63,839 bases of DNA from Octopus bimaculoides (GCF_001194135.2 NC_068983.1:166363940-166427778); one strand, 5' to 3'; counted from the stretch's first letter, positions 25,838 to 39,907 are shown. The notes: generated from the sequence alone by a model not told the origin. Translations and numbers: made by a program.

Positions 25838-28625
25838 CAAACTAAAGAACATTGCCCAGCCAATTCTAAAGAACCCTTCACATGGTCAGAGATTTAGGGA
25901 CATCCTCATTGAGAAATCTGATGAGAGGGAAGAGGAGCTACAGACTTCAGACATAGAGGGTAATTGGAAATTCCTATGGGACAGCTTACTGAGTGCCACA
26001 GACCAAATCTGCAGCTGGTGCAAAGTCTCATCTAGACCTAGAGTACTGCGGTGGTGGAACAATGCAGTAGGCAAGGCTATTAGAGCAAGGAAACAGGCCT
26101 GGAAAGCCTGGAAGAGTGGGGGTAGCAGGGAACTGTACCAGATAGCCGGAAGGGAGGCTGAGAGACATGTATACATAACCAAGGGAGAAGCAGAAAAGAA
26201 GAAGTTTGCCAATGTTCAACAATGTGAGGACCAAAGAACTGAAGTATTTCGGATTGCAAGACAGTGTGTGAGAGAAAACTGTGATGTCGTAGGAGAGAAA
26301 TGTGTCCACATGGATGATGGTGCACTTGCTTTTAATGATTCTGCAAAGAAAGAGGCTTGGAGAAGCCATTATGAAAGACTGCTGAATGTGGAGAATGAAT
26401 GGGAGGAGGAGTGTCTGCCAAATGTTGACCCAGTAGAGGGACCAGCTATCTGAATAGACAGCTCCCTTGTAGATAAAGCAATTAAGGGTATGAAGCCAGG
26501 AAAAGCTCCTGGCCCATCAGGAATCACTGCTGAGATGCTTAAAATATCAGGTGGTGTGGGTTATGGCCTAGTCACCTGTATAGGTAAACAGGTGATACAC
26601 GAAGGAGACATACCCAATGACTGGTGTAGCAGCACCATAGTCAGCTGCTACAAAGGTAAAGGTGACGCTTTAGATAGAAATAACTACAGGGGTATCAAAC
26701 TGCTGGATCAGGAGATGAAGGTCACAGAGAGGGTCATCGCCCAACTATGCTTAGATGAGATGCAGTTCAGTTTTGTGCCAGGTAGAAGCACCACTGATGC
26801 TATATTCCTGGTAAGGCAACTTCAGGAGAAATATCTAGCCAAAGATAAACCCTTATACTTGGCTTTTGTTAACTTGGAGAAAGCCTTTGACAGGGTCCCC
26901 TGATCCCTTATCTGGCAGGCGATGCAGCACCTGGGGATAGACGAGTGGTTAATAAGAGCTGTACAGGCCCTGTACAGGAATGCTGTTAGTAAGGTAAGGG
27001 TTGGCAATGAGTATAGTGAAGAATTCCAAGTAGGAGTTCACCAAGGATCAGCCCTTAGCCCCCTTTTATTCATCATAGACCTCCAGGCAATAACAGAGGA
27101 ATTCAAGATAGGCTGCCCCTGGAATCTCCTCTATGCTGATGGCCTGAATCCCTACCAGAACTAGAGAAGAAATTTCAGGTGTGGAAGCAAGGTTTAGAAT
27201 AGATGGGCCTTAGAGTCAATGTTCCAAAAACCAATGTCCGAATAAGTAGGAAGGCGAATACATCACAAACCCCTTCAGGTAAGTGACCCTGCCCGATCTG
27301 TAGAAAAGGTGTAGGTAGAAACTCCATAAGATGTACCCAGTGTAAGTTATGGATACGCAAAAGGTGCAGCAATATCAAAGGAAGGTTAACCAGGAAGATA
27401 GCTTTTGTGTGTTGCACATGCACAGGGGCAATAAACACTGCAGATGCTCAGAAAACTGATTCTATCACATGCTAGGGAGAGAAACTAGAAATAGTTGATA
27501 GCTTCTGTTACCTAGGTGACCAAGTCTGAAGTGGAGGTGGATACTCAGAGTGGGTTACCACTAGAATAAGAATAGCCTGGGCAAAGTTCAGAAAGCTCCT
27601 ACCCCTACTGGTGACAAGGGGCCTCTCACTCAGAGTGAAAGGTAGATTGTATGATGCATGTGTGTGAAATGCCATGCTACATGGCAGTGAAAAATGGGCC
27701 ATGGCTGCTGAAGACATGCGTAGGCTTGAAAGAAATGAAGCTAGTCTGATCCGCTGGATGTGTAACGTCAGTGTGCACACACTACAGAGTGTAAGTGTCC
27801 TGAAAGAGGTAGTATGCAAGAGAGACAACTATGCTGGTATGGTCATGTGCTGTGTATGGATAAAGAGAGCTGTATGAAGAAGTGTCACTCCCTAACATTG
27901 GAAGGAACTTGTGGTAGAGGGAGACCCAGGGAGACCCAGGAAGACATGGGATGAGGTGGTGAAACATGACCTTCGAACATTAGGCCTCACAGAGGCAATG
28001 ATGAAAGACCAAGACCACTGGAGATCTGCTGTGATTGAGAAAACCCACCAAGTAAAGTAAGATCACAGCCGTAGCCTACACCAGTGTCGCATAACCAGCC
28101 CATTGAATCATCGGGTGACACGCCATGCTTGAAGAGAGCTACTGAGTCAAGTAAAATCAAAATCAAATCAAATCACAATTAGATGGAATTGTAGTTGTGG
28201 CCGATACCAGTGCCACCTGACTGGCTCCCATGCTGGTGGCACACAATAAGCACCATGCATGCATGCATGGGTTGTTGCCAGTGCCCCCTGACTGGCTCCC
28301 TGTGTCAGTAACACATAAAAAGCACCATTTGAATATGGTTGATGCCAGCCTCCCCGCCCTGACTGGCTCCTGTGCTGGTAGCATGTAAAAAGCACCATTC
28401 AAACGTGGCCAATGCCACCTGACTGGCTCCTGTGTTAGTGGCACATAAAAAGCACCCACTACACTCTCAGAGTGGTTGGCGTTAGGAAGGGCATCCAGCT
28501 GTAGAAACATTGCCAGATCAGATTGGAGCCTGGTGCAGCCTCCTGGCTTGCCAGTCACCAGACAAACCATCCAACCCATGCCAGCATGGAAAGTGGACGT
28601 TAAACAATGATGATAATGACGATGA
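25830..28625 (+). mobile_element. 5'-truncated RTE LINE (~2.8 kb): RT pseudogene, 3' UTR with internal subrepeats, (GAT) tail
   Basis: ORF pieces at 25818-26453, 26490-26903 (GRSTTDAIF..FVNLEKAFDRVP) and 26922-27164 (GVHQGSALSPLLF..LLYADG), with stops and frameshifts between them. Confidence 0.95.
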
Positions 28626-29325
28626 TAGGATAAAACAGAATCCAAGAAGACTAATAGCATCTATGTCAGCAAGACTTGTAGACTTGTATTATTTTGAAAA
28701 ATCAACAGAGAAAGTAAATATAATCAAGTCATTTAACCCACATTTCCCCACTTTGCACTTATTTTTATCAAGGATGTGTTTATTGACCAGAAAGAATACT
28801 GGCTACTATCATATATTTCAATTAATGTCACTTTATTCTGTGGATTTGGTTTATATCTGAAAACTGGCTGTAATAAAATTGTTTGATATAGAAATGTAAA
28901 ATACACTTAATATAACATACAGATTCTTTTATTGGTGTTGTACTCTGGAATTAAGGTTACAGTAAAAACAACCTAAAGATGAGCACATTAGTAAATAGCA
29001 TTAGAAAAAGAAGAAAAAAACTGATTTCTTTTGTAGTAGCAGTAATAATAATAATAATAATTTTAATAAAACTAGACTAGCCTACATTGATAAAAATAAA
29101 TCTTCAGAATTGAAAGACAACACAGTTCTTTCTTGGTTTCATCCATTTTGGCATATTTAGAAGATAAGAGTATTATCCGATCGAAAAGCAATGAAGTACA
29201 AATCAATAATGTTGGAAAGACTGGGAGTTGTTGATAATATCGTAAGAGAAATTCCAAATGTGAATGATCAAGTAATCAGAGCAGCATTCCTTCACCAATA
29301 TTGCCGCTGTATATTGAAATAGTTA

Positions 29326-29545
29326 CTCTCTTTACTCTTTTACTTGTTTCAGTCATTTGACTGCGGCCATGCTGGAGCACCGCCTTTAGTAGAGCAAATC
29401 GACCTCAGGACTTATTCTTTGGACGCCTAGTACTTATTCTATCGGTCTCTTTTACCATACCGCTAATTTACGGGGACGTAAACACACCACCATCGGTTGT
29501 CAAGTGATGTTGGGGGGACAAACACAGACACACAAACATATTTGA
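29326..29545 (-). mobile_element. SINE 3' module (family D), young
   Basis: TTTACTCTTTTACTTGTTTCAGTCATTTGACTGCGGCCATGCTGGAGCACCGCC... Confidence 0.8.
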
Positions 29546-30039
29546 GAGCATAGATATAGAAACGAAAGTAACAAAAAAACAAAATGGACTAAAATACTGA
29601 ATTTTGTTTCTTTTTTGCTTTTATAAAGAAAAATATAATGAAATAAATTGGGTTTTTTTTAAATATTCTAAATGAAAAAAAAAGGTTACATCCACTTATC
29701 AACCACAGAGTAAACTGCAAGATTTAGTTTTCAGCATGTCTTCATCTTACACCCAAAAGCTATAAGATTGTTATTTCAGAACAATGTAGCTTTGAGGCAT
29801 TACTTTTACAGGTCCATATTTATTCATTCATTTGTTTGTTTGTTTTGGCTTTAATTTAATCTATTTTGCTACCTTCTTGTTTCATTAGAATCTATGCTTT
29901 GTAAACAGAAGAACTATCTTTCAAATGTTCGTGTTTAAATGTGTCATTTGAAGCCATTGATAATGGATGCTAACTATTTGTTATTATGTTCATGTCAGTA
30001 CAGCATCAGCAGAGCATTTTATTATCCACTTTTCCATGC

Positions 30040-30430
30040 TTGAATGGATCTGATAGAATTCAATGAGGAAGAGTTTCTAACTTTGGCTGCCCTTCCTGTC
30101 ATCAACCCTCATCTGTTTCAAAGCAAGATATTTCTCCATGCTGGGCATGATTTTACTGAAGATTGGAAATAAGACATTGCTTACATAATGGTGACGCTTG
30201 TTTACAACTATTATGCAATGGCAAGACAAGGAGACACAAATAGACACAACACATATGCACATGCACACACACACACAAACATGATGGGTTTCTTTCAGGT
30301 TCTGTTTACCAAATTCACTGACAGGGCTTTGGTTAACCCTGACTATAGTAGAAGACACTTGACAAAAGTACCATTAAGTAGGACTGAACTCTGAAACCAT
30401 ATGACTGGGAAGCAAACTTCTTAACCATAT
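30040..30430 (-). mobile_element. Family B SINE with G-type (RTE-like) tail
   Basis: Head at 30290-30430, (CA)n linker, and a tail containing CAAAGCAAGATATTTCTCCATG. Confidence 0.7.
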
Positions 30431-30626
30431 ATATCCCCCCCCACACACACACATATATATATATACATATATATATTTTTTTTTTAGGGTCACCTTCAGT
30501 CATGGCTGACCATGGGTATCACATCTGTCCATTTATTGTCTAAGTTGGGCCGCTTGGCTTGTGCAGCACCTCCTGTGGCTATGGAGACCAATGCGAGGAA
30601 TAACAGTCTCAGTTGCATAGATTACA

Positions 30627-30659
<33 letters not shown>

Positions 30660-30698
30660 ATGCATGCGTGTCATACCTATTTGAAGATACTCTAACAC

Positions 30699-30774
30699 CT
30701 ATTTTGGCTGCTATCGCTAAAACATCTATCAATTTCTTCCCCATTGGCCATACAGATGTCTATCAGATCATTTG
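30699..30774 (-). other. Putative exon
   Basis: Acceptor ctttttattctgcccattataag|; donor |gtgtta, or |gtatga at 30676. Open frame NDLIDICMANGEEIDRCFSDSSQN. Confidence 0.4.
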
Positions 30775-31069
30775 CTTATAATGGGCAGAATAAAAAGTGA
30801 GAAAGAAAGGATTTTGGTAGAAAAGATTATCATCAAGCTAACCAGATATAAATTTATTATCAGTTTAATGATATAGTTACTATTAGCACCTGTTTAGTTA
30901 TATACACTTATTACCATCATCAGTTTAATTATAAACATCCAATTAATTAAGTAAAAATATTACCAATTTTTAATTATACCAATATTATTACCATTGGTTT
31001 AATTACATGCAAATACCGTTATAATCAGTTTGTATACAAATATTATCATTAGGTTAATTATATACAAAT

Positions 31070-31190
31070 ATTATCATAATCAGTTTGATTACATACAATT
31101 ATTATTATTATTATCATAATCAGTTTGATTACATACAATTATTATTATTATTATTATTATCAGTTTGATTACATACAATTATTATTATAA
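31070..31190. repeat. Minisatellite, about 3 x AATCAGTTTGATTACATACAATT(ATT)n
   Basis: Directly visible tandem units. Confidence 0.8.
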
Positions 31191-31771
31191 TTAGTTTAAT
31201 TATATACAAAAAAAAAGTGTTCACCTCACCCATACAAAACCATTTCAGTTCTAACTTTTTCCCTTAATTATATTGATTTGCCAAAATAAATCAATTGAGA
31301 TATTAAACCAGTTTTCAATTTAGGTTTTCTATCATTCACTACTGGACATTATTAAAATCAATATTCCATAATTTGTTACCTCTTGTCAAAAATCAATACC
31401 CCATAATTTGATAACCATCTCTTCATATGACACATCGAGACTGAAGAAGGAAGCAACTCATACTAAAATAGTTACTTTTATGATGAGATGTCACATGTAG
31501 ATTATTACGAGATCAGATTAGTCCCTGTGGGTCTACTTCACCACTTTTAGTTATTGGGAGACAAATCCATAGGAATGCTTTTCACACATCCAGAAGAAAA
31601 TTTTAAAATATATCTTTACAACAGTACTACAACTTATGTTACTAACGTGTCTTTTGTGTGTGTGCATGCATGCACAGAAATGGTACCTTGGATAAGTGTC
31701 TTCTACTAGAGCCCCAGGTCGTCCAAAGCCTTGTGAGTGCATCTGGTGGACAAACTGAAAGAATCCTATTG

Positions 31772-31806
<35 letters not shown>

Positions 31807-32795
31807 TGGGGGTGAGAAGAAACTAGTGCACAGTCAAAAAGCTAAGCACACCAGGTTAATGCTTGAACAAATGCATTTGTTCTTCATCCTTCAAAAGAAA
31901 ATATTCAGGGTTTTATTGTATGAAGATACTCGTGTCTCAAGATTCAAGTGTTGAAAACATTTGCTTATATGCTTTTGTGCAATATTGCCTCATAATGTAA
32001 ACCTGTTTTGCATAATATGCATTATAATACCAACCATTCACTGAATATTTGAAATGGTTATAAAAATTTTATTTACCTACTGTAGATATAAGGAACATCA
32101 CATAAACACATTTCCTACATCCATAATTGTCTGCCCATCTTTCTCTTTGATATGTTTCATTCTCAACATATCTAAAGTCCTTTTATAAACAAGTGGGGGT
32201 TAGCAACAGGAAGGGTATCCAGCCCTAGAAAATTCTGCCCCAACATATTCTCATCTCATCCATACAAGCATAGAAAAGTAGGTGTTAAACTGATAATGAT
32301 GATGACATATACTCTTAAACAAAGCATATTACCCCTTCTATAGCAACCTTCCTATACCCTAACCCTAACCCTAACCCTACACATTCAGTGTGTAAAATCT
32401 TTATTCTCCAGAAATAAAACACTATAAAACTTCTTAAAGATAAATCTGATTTCTTTTGTCAAAACCAAAAAGTTTCAGGATTATATGAGAACAATAGGTT
32501 CTCCTATACATTCCACACTTACATTTATCTAAGAAGGCTAACACCAAATCTGTTCTTCCCTAGAGCAGTAAATCAAATACACAAAAAAAACCTCTCTAAA
32601 TGCCTCTCATCTAACACTAACTCCTATTTACAAAATCTTGTCAGCTCCATTCCAAAGACAATAAAACTTCCCAAACAGCCAACATTATTTATACCCCTAA
32701 ACTTCATTCCAGTCAATTGCCTTTGTATACAGACTAGAAACACACTTAAGTCTCTAGAGTGATATATTTTTATACCTGAAGTGCATATGCATTAA

Positions 32796-32831
<36 letters not shown>

Positions 32832-33229
32832 CTCTCTCTCTCTCTTTCTCTCAACCCTCTTATATCATCAACAAGTATTTCAAGTCACCACCTATTATCA
32901 ATTCAATAGACAAATGTAGCTTTCTGAAGCCTCCACTGAAGGCCACTGTTGCTAATTGGAGACAACTTTTAGCATGTTCATTCTCGACCTTTCTGAAACA
33001 CTACAATGGTAGCTTATTGAATTAATGACAGGCTGAAGTTTTGGTTGAGATTAGAATATCATTTCATAGCAGTTATTTGTTCCTAGCTACATTTAACTCA
33101 TTAAAAAAACTTACTAAATATTAACCTATATACAAATAGCTGATTATTTAACCAGGAAAATATTAAAATTTTAACATTTTACAATAAAGTCTTGTGGAAA
33201 TCCAACACTACTCCATTCTTTTATCAGAT

Positions 33230-34144
33230 AGATTAAGTTTGTGTCTTTTTATAAGATATTCTGGATCTCTGTGTCTCCTCCCTTCCTGTATTACCACTTA
33301 ACACCCCTCCTTCCTCAGCCACTCCTTTTCATTCGCCTCCCCCCACTCCCCCCATTATATACTGATACCATCCACCCTATCTCCATCCTTGTTCCTTTCA
33401 CTACGTTCCCCTCTAGACCCATCCACTCTCTCCTTACTCTCCACTGAACTCATCATCCACTCCTTCTTTGCCTGCAGCATTCTCTCTTAAGCAGACACTG
33501 ACACCTCATTGCTGTCTACTTTCCAGCTACCTCTACATCAACCCTTTGAAAATTTAAAAAGTAAGGTCTATAGCTGGTTGCCCTTCCCAATGCCAACCAC
33601 TCCACAGAGTGTACTGGGTACTTTTTTTTTTGTGACCCCTGCACTAGTGAGGTTGCTAAGTAACTTGCAAGACAAAAAGATTAGATGGGGTTGTAGTAGA
33701 GAGGAAGGAGACTTTATGCCTGGTATTAAAAGGCTAAAAAGTATGATTGATGGACAGGCACAGGTGTCTCCCTATAGGGGAGGTACATGTCTACCCAACA
33801 TTATATAAGGGTGGATGGAGAGGTAGCTGGAAAGTAGACAGCAATGAGGTGTCAGTGTCTGCTTTCAAGACACGAGAGGGCGAGTATAAGAGAGAATGCT
33901 GCAGGCAAAGAAGGAGTGGATGATGAGTTCAGTGGAGAGTAAGGAGATAGTGGATGGGTCTAGAGGGGAACGTAGTGAAAGGAACAAGGATGGAGATAGG
34001 GTGGATGGTATCAGTATAAATGGGGGAGTGGGGGAGGCGAATGAAAAGGAGGGGGTGAAGAAGGAGGGGGTGTTAAGTGGTAATACAGGAAGGGAGGAGA
34101 CACAGAGATCCAGAAAACCTTATAAAAAGACACAAACTTAATCT
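33230..34144. repeat. Long inverted repeat (arms 33230-33546 and 33807-34144) built from a family F retroposon
   Basis: The arms are near-identical reverse complements apart from a ~21 bp indel and scattered substitutions. The spacer is the family F 3' part on the minus strand. Confidence 0.9.
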
Positions 34145-34624
34145 CTCTTTTTAAATTATCCTTATGATAGACTTGAAATGATACAACTTCGGATTCAATA
34201 ACTTCTGACCCTTCAGCTCTGGAAGTTAAGGAATTTAAGTTTGCAAACGAATTCTATGTTACAGAAACCTAAGAAAATATGCAATCTTATGCTTTAACAA
34301 TTGTAGACAGACCTCAAATAAACAGGGAATCAATGTAATTGTATTTTTATTTTCATTTTAATGAATATATACTTTCACTGGAACAGCAATAAGATATATC
34401 TATATATTGGTTGAGAAAAGCAATGCAGTTTTCGTTTGTTTTGTTTTTTGCTTGTTTGTTTTTTCATTACAATTCCAATCAATGTGTTTCATTAGAGTCA
34501 ATATACTCCCTTCAATAATACAAGCTATAAGTCAATCTCACAAACTATTTTTAAGTTGCTACACCAAGACTTGAGAACGGTATCAAATGGTTTGGAGTTT
34601 TTGTTCTGGCTGTGCTAGAAGTAT

Positions 34625-34852
34625 AACAAGCCTTTTGTTACCATAATTCTGTTGAGATACACTTCCTGTGTTTCAAATGATTTAATAAATAATGAAGAAT
34701 TTAGTAAAATAACTGTCATTATTAAGCTGGTATAAAGAACATAGATTAATATGAAATTTTGATAGATGGTTTTAATTTAGATCACTTTAAAACAGGAAGT
34801 TTGTATCATTGAACCAGAAGTGGCTTCAGGTAGGTTGGTATCAAAATGGTTA
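34625..34852. mobile_element. piggyBac-like MITE type 1
   Basis: CCTTTTGTTACC ... GATCACTTTAAAACAGGAAGTTTG ... GGTATCAAAATGG. Confidence 0.8.
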
Positions 34853-35359
34853 TGCTCTGAAATCATGTCCATTATAAAGCACATCTTTTGAAAATAAAGA
34901 AAAATAAAGAGAAAGAGTGGGTGTATGTGTTACTGAGACATTTGATAATCATTTTTCCATACTAGCATGGGTTAGACACATCATAGAGAAGGCAACAGGA
35001 AACCATTCCAGTACTCATCACAAGTCTAGTAATGGTAGCCAAAGTTCCAGTAATCTACTTAATAGTGACACGGGGGAGGGGGGTTATGGGCCCTCCCAGG
35101 TCATATAGAGAGTGCTGCAGAAGGTTCACATGCACAGGACCTAACTGAGGGCAGACCACCACTTGGCTGGAGACTCGATTGCAGAGGCATTGTTCTCTAC
35201 AACCAGGTGCCCTTCCTCTCACTAATCATAACTGGTTTTCAGCGACCAAATGATTTGTTGACTGGAGAAGGGACAACACCACCATCTCTTGTAACAAGCA
35301 CCTTTCATAGAGCACAAATCTAAACAGAGGCACACACATGGAAAAAACATTATATATAT

Positions 35360-36013
35360 NNNNNNNNNNNNNNNNNNNNNNNNNNNNNNNNNNNNNNNNN
35401 NNNNNNNNNNNNNNNNNNNNNNNNNNNNNNNNNNNNNNNNNNNNNNNNNNNNNNNNNNNNNNNNNNNNNNNNNNNNNNNNNNNNNNNNNNNNNNNNNNNN
35501 NNNNNNNNNNNNNNNNNNNNNNNNNNNNNNNNNNNNNNNNNNNNNNNNNNNNNNNNNNNNNNNNNNNNNNNNNNNNNNNNNNNNNNNNNNNNNNNNNNNN
35601 NNNNNNNNNNNNNNNNNNNNNNNNNNNNNNNNNNNNNNNNNNNNNNNNNNNNNNNNNNNNNNNNNNNNNNNNNNNNNNNNNNNNNNNNNNNNNNNNNNNN
35701 NNNNNNNNNNNNNNNNNNNNNNNNNNNNNNNNNNNNNNNNNNNNNNNNNNNNNNNNNNNNNNNNNNNNNNNNNNNNNNNNNNNNNNNNNNNNNNNNNNNN
35801 NNNNNNNNNNNNNNNNNNNNNNNNNNNNNNNNNNNNNNNNNNNNNNNNNNNNNNNNNNNNNNNNNNNNNNNNNNNNNNNNNNNNNNNNNNNNNNNNNNNN
35901 NNNNNNNNNNNNNNNNNNNNNNNNNNNNNNNNNNNNNNNNNNNNNNNNNNNNNNNNNNNNNNNNNNNNNNNNNNNNNNNNNNNNNNNNNNNNNNNNNNNN
36001 NNNNNNNNNNNNN
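35360..36013. other. Assembly gap (others at 18171-18180, 40171-40381, 40690-40699, ~52234-52255, 62684-63155)
   Basis: Runs of N, mostly flanked by microsatellites or young RTE ends. Confidence 1.
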
Positions 36014-36175
36014 ATCATCATCATCATCGTTTAACGTCCGCTTTCCATGCTAGCATGGGTTGGACGATTTGACTGAGGACTGGTGCAACCGGATGGCTAC
36101 ACCAGGCTCCAATCTAAATTGGCAGAGTTTCTACAGCTGGATGCCCTTCCTAACGCCAACCACTCAGAGAGTGTA
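36014..36175 (-). mobile_element. Young RTE 3' end
   Basis: Near-identical to 17875-18030. Confidence 0.85.
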
Positions 36176-36662
36176 TATATATATATATATATATATATTC
36201 CAAAAAATATGTAAACATAAGATCTTTTTCAATAGAAAGCCCTGGTGAGATCTGGTCCAGTTTGGTAAAATATGGAGACAACAACTTTTAACATGGTTCA
36301 AGTCCTGCAGATCCAAAGTATTGTTTGCCAAGCAACTAGATTGAAACATGTGTAGGCCTCTTAATGCTTATTTTAAAATCATGTTCCTTTAAATTTTTAT
36401 TTGTATTCATTTATTTGCTAATATAAAATGTAAATTAAACTTCTTATCCATATATATTGAGGAAATTCACCCAATATATCATCGAAAATACCAGTGGATC
36501 ACTAGATTTCATAATCCCTAAGGAGGACATTACATCCTCGATTTGACTAACCAAATTCGATGACTGGCACCTGTGCCAGTGGAGCGCTAACAGCACCATC
36601 CAAGTGGGATCACTGCCAGAGTGGTGGCACGTAAAAAGCACCATTTGAGTGCGATCGTTTCC

Positions 36663-36888
36663 AACTTCCAGTTGTCCTCTCTAAGTGAAAATTGTTTTTA
36701 TTACATCAATATTATTTAAGGTCTGTTTGACAGCTAGTTTGTGTGTGTGTGTATGTGTGTGTGTAAATAGGTGGTTTGCAAATTGCAACTGAGAAGACTA
36801 AGACGAAAAAATAGACTTAAAATACAAGAAAGAGCAGCATGAATAAAATTTATATAGATACTTGACAATTGTTACGTATCTAGGTAAA

Positions 36889-36928
<40 letters not shown>

Positions 36929-37000
36929 GCTGTCAAACAAACCTTAAATAATATTGATGTAACAAAAACAATTTTCACTTAGAGAGGACAACTGGAAGTT
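36663..37000. repeat. Foldback inverted repeat, ~100 bp arms including (TG)n/(CA)n, ~130 bp spacer
   Basis: AACTTCCAGTTGTCCTCTCTAAGTGAAAATTG...GACAGCTAGTTTG and its reverse complement; 2 mismatches in the non-microsatellite part. Confidence 0.9.
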
Positions 37001-38470
37001 CTTACAGGACAATCTTTTGAAGGTTGCAAATCAAATCTGTGGCTGGGGCAAAGTCCCTGCCAGACTGAAAGTGACCTGGAGGTAGAACAGCAAGGCAAAT
37101 AAGGCCATAAAAGAAAAGAAACAGGCTTGGCAAGGCTGGAGAAAGAAAGAGAGCAAAAAGCTATGTCAAATAGCTAAGTGGGAAGCTAGGTAACATGTTT
37201 ATCTACCAAGGGCAGAAGCAGAAAGAAAGAGGTTTGCTAATGCCTTACAGCATGAAGATCAGAAACTCAAGGTGTTCTGGATTGCTAGACAGTGTTTCAG
37301 AGAGAATTGAAATGTTGTGACAGAGAAGAGTGTATGAATGGGTAATGGTAAGCTTACATTGAATGACTCTGAACAGAAAGAGGCCAAGAAGTGCTATTAT
37401 GAAAGGCTTTTAAATGTAGAGAACAAATGGAAGAAAGAGAGCCTCCCCTACATAAACCCAACAGAGAGACCAGCTATTTGAGTTGATAGCAGTATGAGCG
37501 ATAAGGCTGTTAAGAATATGAAGACAGGGAAATTCCCTGGGAGTTACTGCTGAGACGCTTAAAATATCTGGCAGAGAGGGATATGGTGTGTTCACCCATA
37601 TAGTAATTCAAGATAATCAGGAAAGCATCATCCTTAATGACTGGTGTAGTAGCATTATAGTCAGCTTACAAAGATATCAAATTGCTGGACCAGGTCATGA
37701 AATTTACGGAAAGATTAATTAGGAACAAAACTCAGATCAGATGAAATGCAGTTTGGCTTTGTGCTAGGGCAAAGCACTACTGGTATTATCTTTATAGTCA
37801 GACAACTGCAGAAGTATTTGGCTAAGAATAAACCATTGTACTTGACAGTTGTTGACTTGGAGAAAGCCTTCAACAAAGTGCCCTGCTCTGTGATATGGTC
37901 AGCTCTGAGATGAGTGACTTGTGAGAGCTGTACAGGCCATGTGCAGTCAGTAAGGTGAGAGTTAACCATGAGTACAGTGATGAATTTAATATGTAGGTAG
38001 GCATTCATCAGAACTAGAAAAAAAATTCCAGGTGTCAAAGCAAAACCTGGAATCGAAAAGCCTTAAGGTTAACTTTGCAAAGATTAAGGTCTTGGTAAGC
38101 AAGAAAGACAAGACCCTACCCACCTTCAGGTAAATGGCTCTGCTTGATATGTAGGAAAGATGCAGACAGGAATTCCATATGGTGTACCCAGTGCTAGCTA
38201 TGGACATACAAAAGGTGCAGTGGAATAATGGGCAAGTTATCAGAGAAAGTAGTGTTTATATGTGAAAGATGCATAGGAGCCATAAAGTCTAAAGATATAC
38301 AGGGAATTGATTTTCTCAAATGCCCCCAGAGGCTCTCTAGAGGTAGTGAATAATTTCTGATACCTAGAGGCTCTAATTAGCAGTAGAGGAGGATGTACAG
38401 AAAACTTAATTGTTAGAATAAGAATAGGATGAAGAAAATTCAGAGAGCTTTTATCTCTGTTAGCAACCAA

Positions 38471-38512
<42 letters not shown>

Positions 38513-38860
38513 GAGTGAAAAGATGACTGTATGATACAAGTGTACAAACAGGCAATGTAACATGGTAGTGAGACGTGAGCCCTAAATGCAGAGGACAAGC
38601 AAAGACTAGAGAGGAATTAAGTTAGTATACTCCCTGGGATGAGCAATGTCAGTGTACATATGTGACTGAGAGAAAAGTTAGGCATAAGGGTGCCGATCAC
38701 TTAAAATAGATAGAACGTGAGGAAGAAGAGATTCAGGAAGTCATGGAATGAAGTATGGAATGCTGGTCTCAAGATACTGAACCTTAGGATGGAGGCAACA
38801 ACTGACCAAGCGACCTGGTGCTTTGCTGTACTCTAGAAGACCCATCCACCACAGCAGAAT
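36980..38860 (+). mobile_element. Old, heavily degenerate RTE LINE copy
   Basis: Collinear with 25950-28050: NVENKWKKESLP, LDEMQFGFVLGQSTT, VDLEKAFNKVP, KVLVSKK and the C-terminal region. Confidence 0.85.
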
Positions 38861-38899
38861 TGATATCCTAAAACCACTGTGGTGATAATGCTTGTCCAT

Positions 38900-39765
38900 G
38901 AGAGCCTCTGTCCCACCCCATCCTCTCTGACCTGCCTATCTTCCCTCCATCACACACACACACAAACATTTCACCATCATCACTTCTCTATCATCTGAGA
39001 ATAGAGTAGGTACATATTACATCCTCTTGCCTTCTCATTTCCCTTGAACCCTCACCTCCCCCACAAACCACTTCCATTATCTTCCCCTGCCCCACTGTCT
39101 CCACCAATCACCACCTTTCTGTGCTTTTTCACCTCTGTGTTGTTCCCTGTCAATACCTCACTTATCTACTGTCACGGATCTACTGCAACCCCCCCCCAGC
39201 CTCTCATATATTTCATACCATCATTTGCTAGTCACCTCTATACTACCCACTAACCCAGACTAAACCTCTGTATCACCTCACACTCTCACCACCTCAAGGG
39301 CATGTCTCAACACATCTTTGCCACCACCTCTCTCACTATGCTCTCTCTCTATCTTACTATTTAACTTGCACTTCTTTCTCTTGTAACTGGGGTACCCATG
39401 TATCTACTCCACAGCAAGACACCTATCCAGTGTCCCTCTATACCTTTAATCTCTCAACTGGCACAAAGCCACCATCCCCTCAATACTACTTCCCTCCCCC
39501 AGCTGAGGAGTTTTGTCTTGCAGGTTGCTTGGTGACCATGTCAGTGCTGGTGTCACATAAAAAGCACTGGTGACAGTGCCACATAAGAAAGTACTCAGCA
39601 TACTCTGCAAAGTGGTTGGCATTAGGAAGGGCATTCAGCTGTAGAACCCATGCCAAAACAGACAATGGAACCTAGTGTGGCTCCTGGCCATACCAGCTCA
39701 TGTCAAACCATCCGACTGATGCCATGCCAACATGTGAAAACAGACGTTAAATGATGATGATGATA
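38900..39765 (+). mobile_element. Family F retroposon (pyrimidine-rich 5' part, RTE-type tail)
   Basis: GTCTTGCAGGTTGCTTGGTGACC...GGAAGGGCATTCAGCTGTAG...GACGTTAAATGATGATG. Confidence 0.65.
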
Positions 39766-39907
39766 GTTGATTCAATGGTTTTTATTCTTTGAGAAAACCA
39801 AGAATAATATGACATGTTGAGGAATTACCAATGCAAAACTGGTCAATTACCTGCCTTAATGAATTTTCACTTGATGGAGCCAGAAAGAGAGAGAGAAACT
39901 GAGTAAC

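Noticed and set aside
29085-29282. Protein-like plus-strand frame (..KIRVLSDRKAMKYKSIMLERLG..)
   Set aside because: It has an internal stop, no recognisable motif and no donor site, so it cannot be assigned.
32356-32379. (CCCTAA)x3-4 telomere-like repeat
   Set aside because: Too short to indicate a fusion or telomere-healing site. Such tracts are common in or near repeats.
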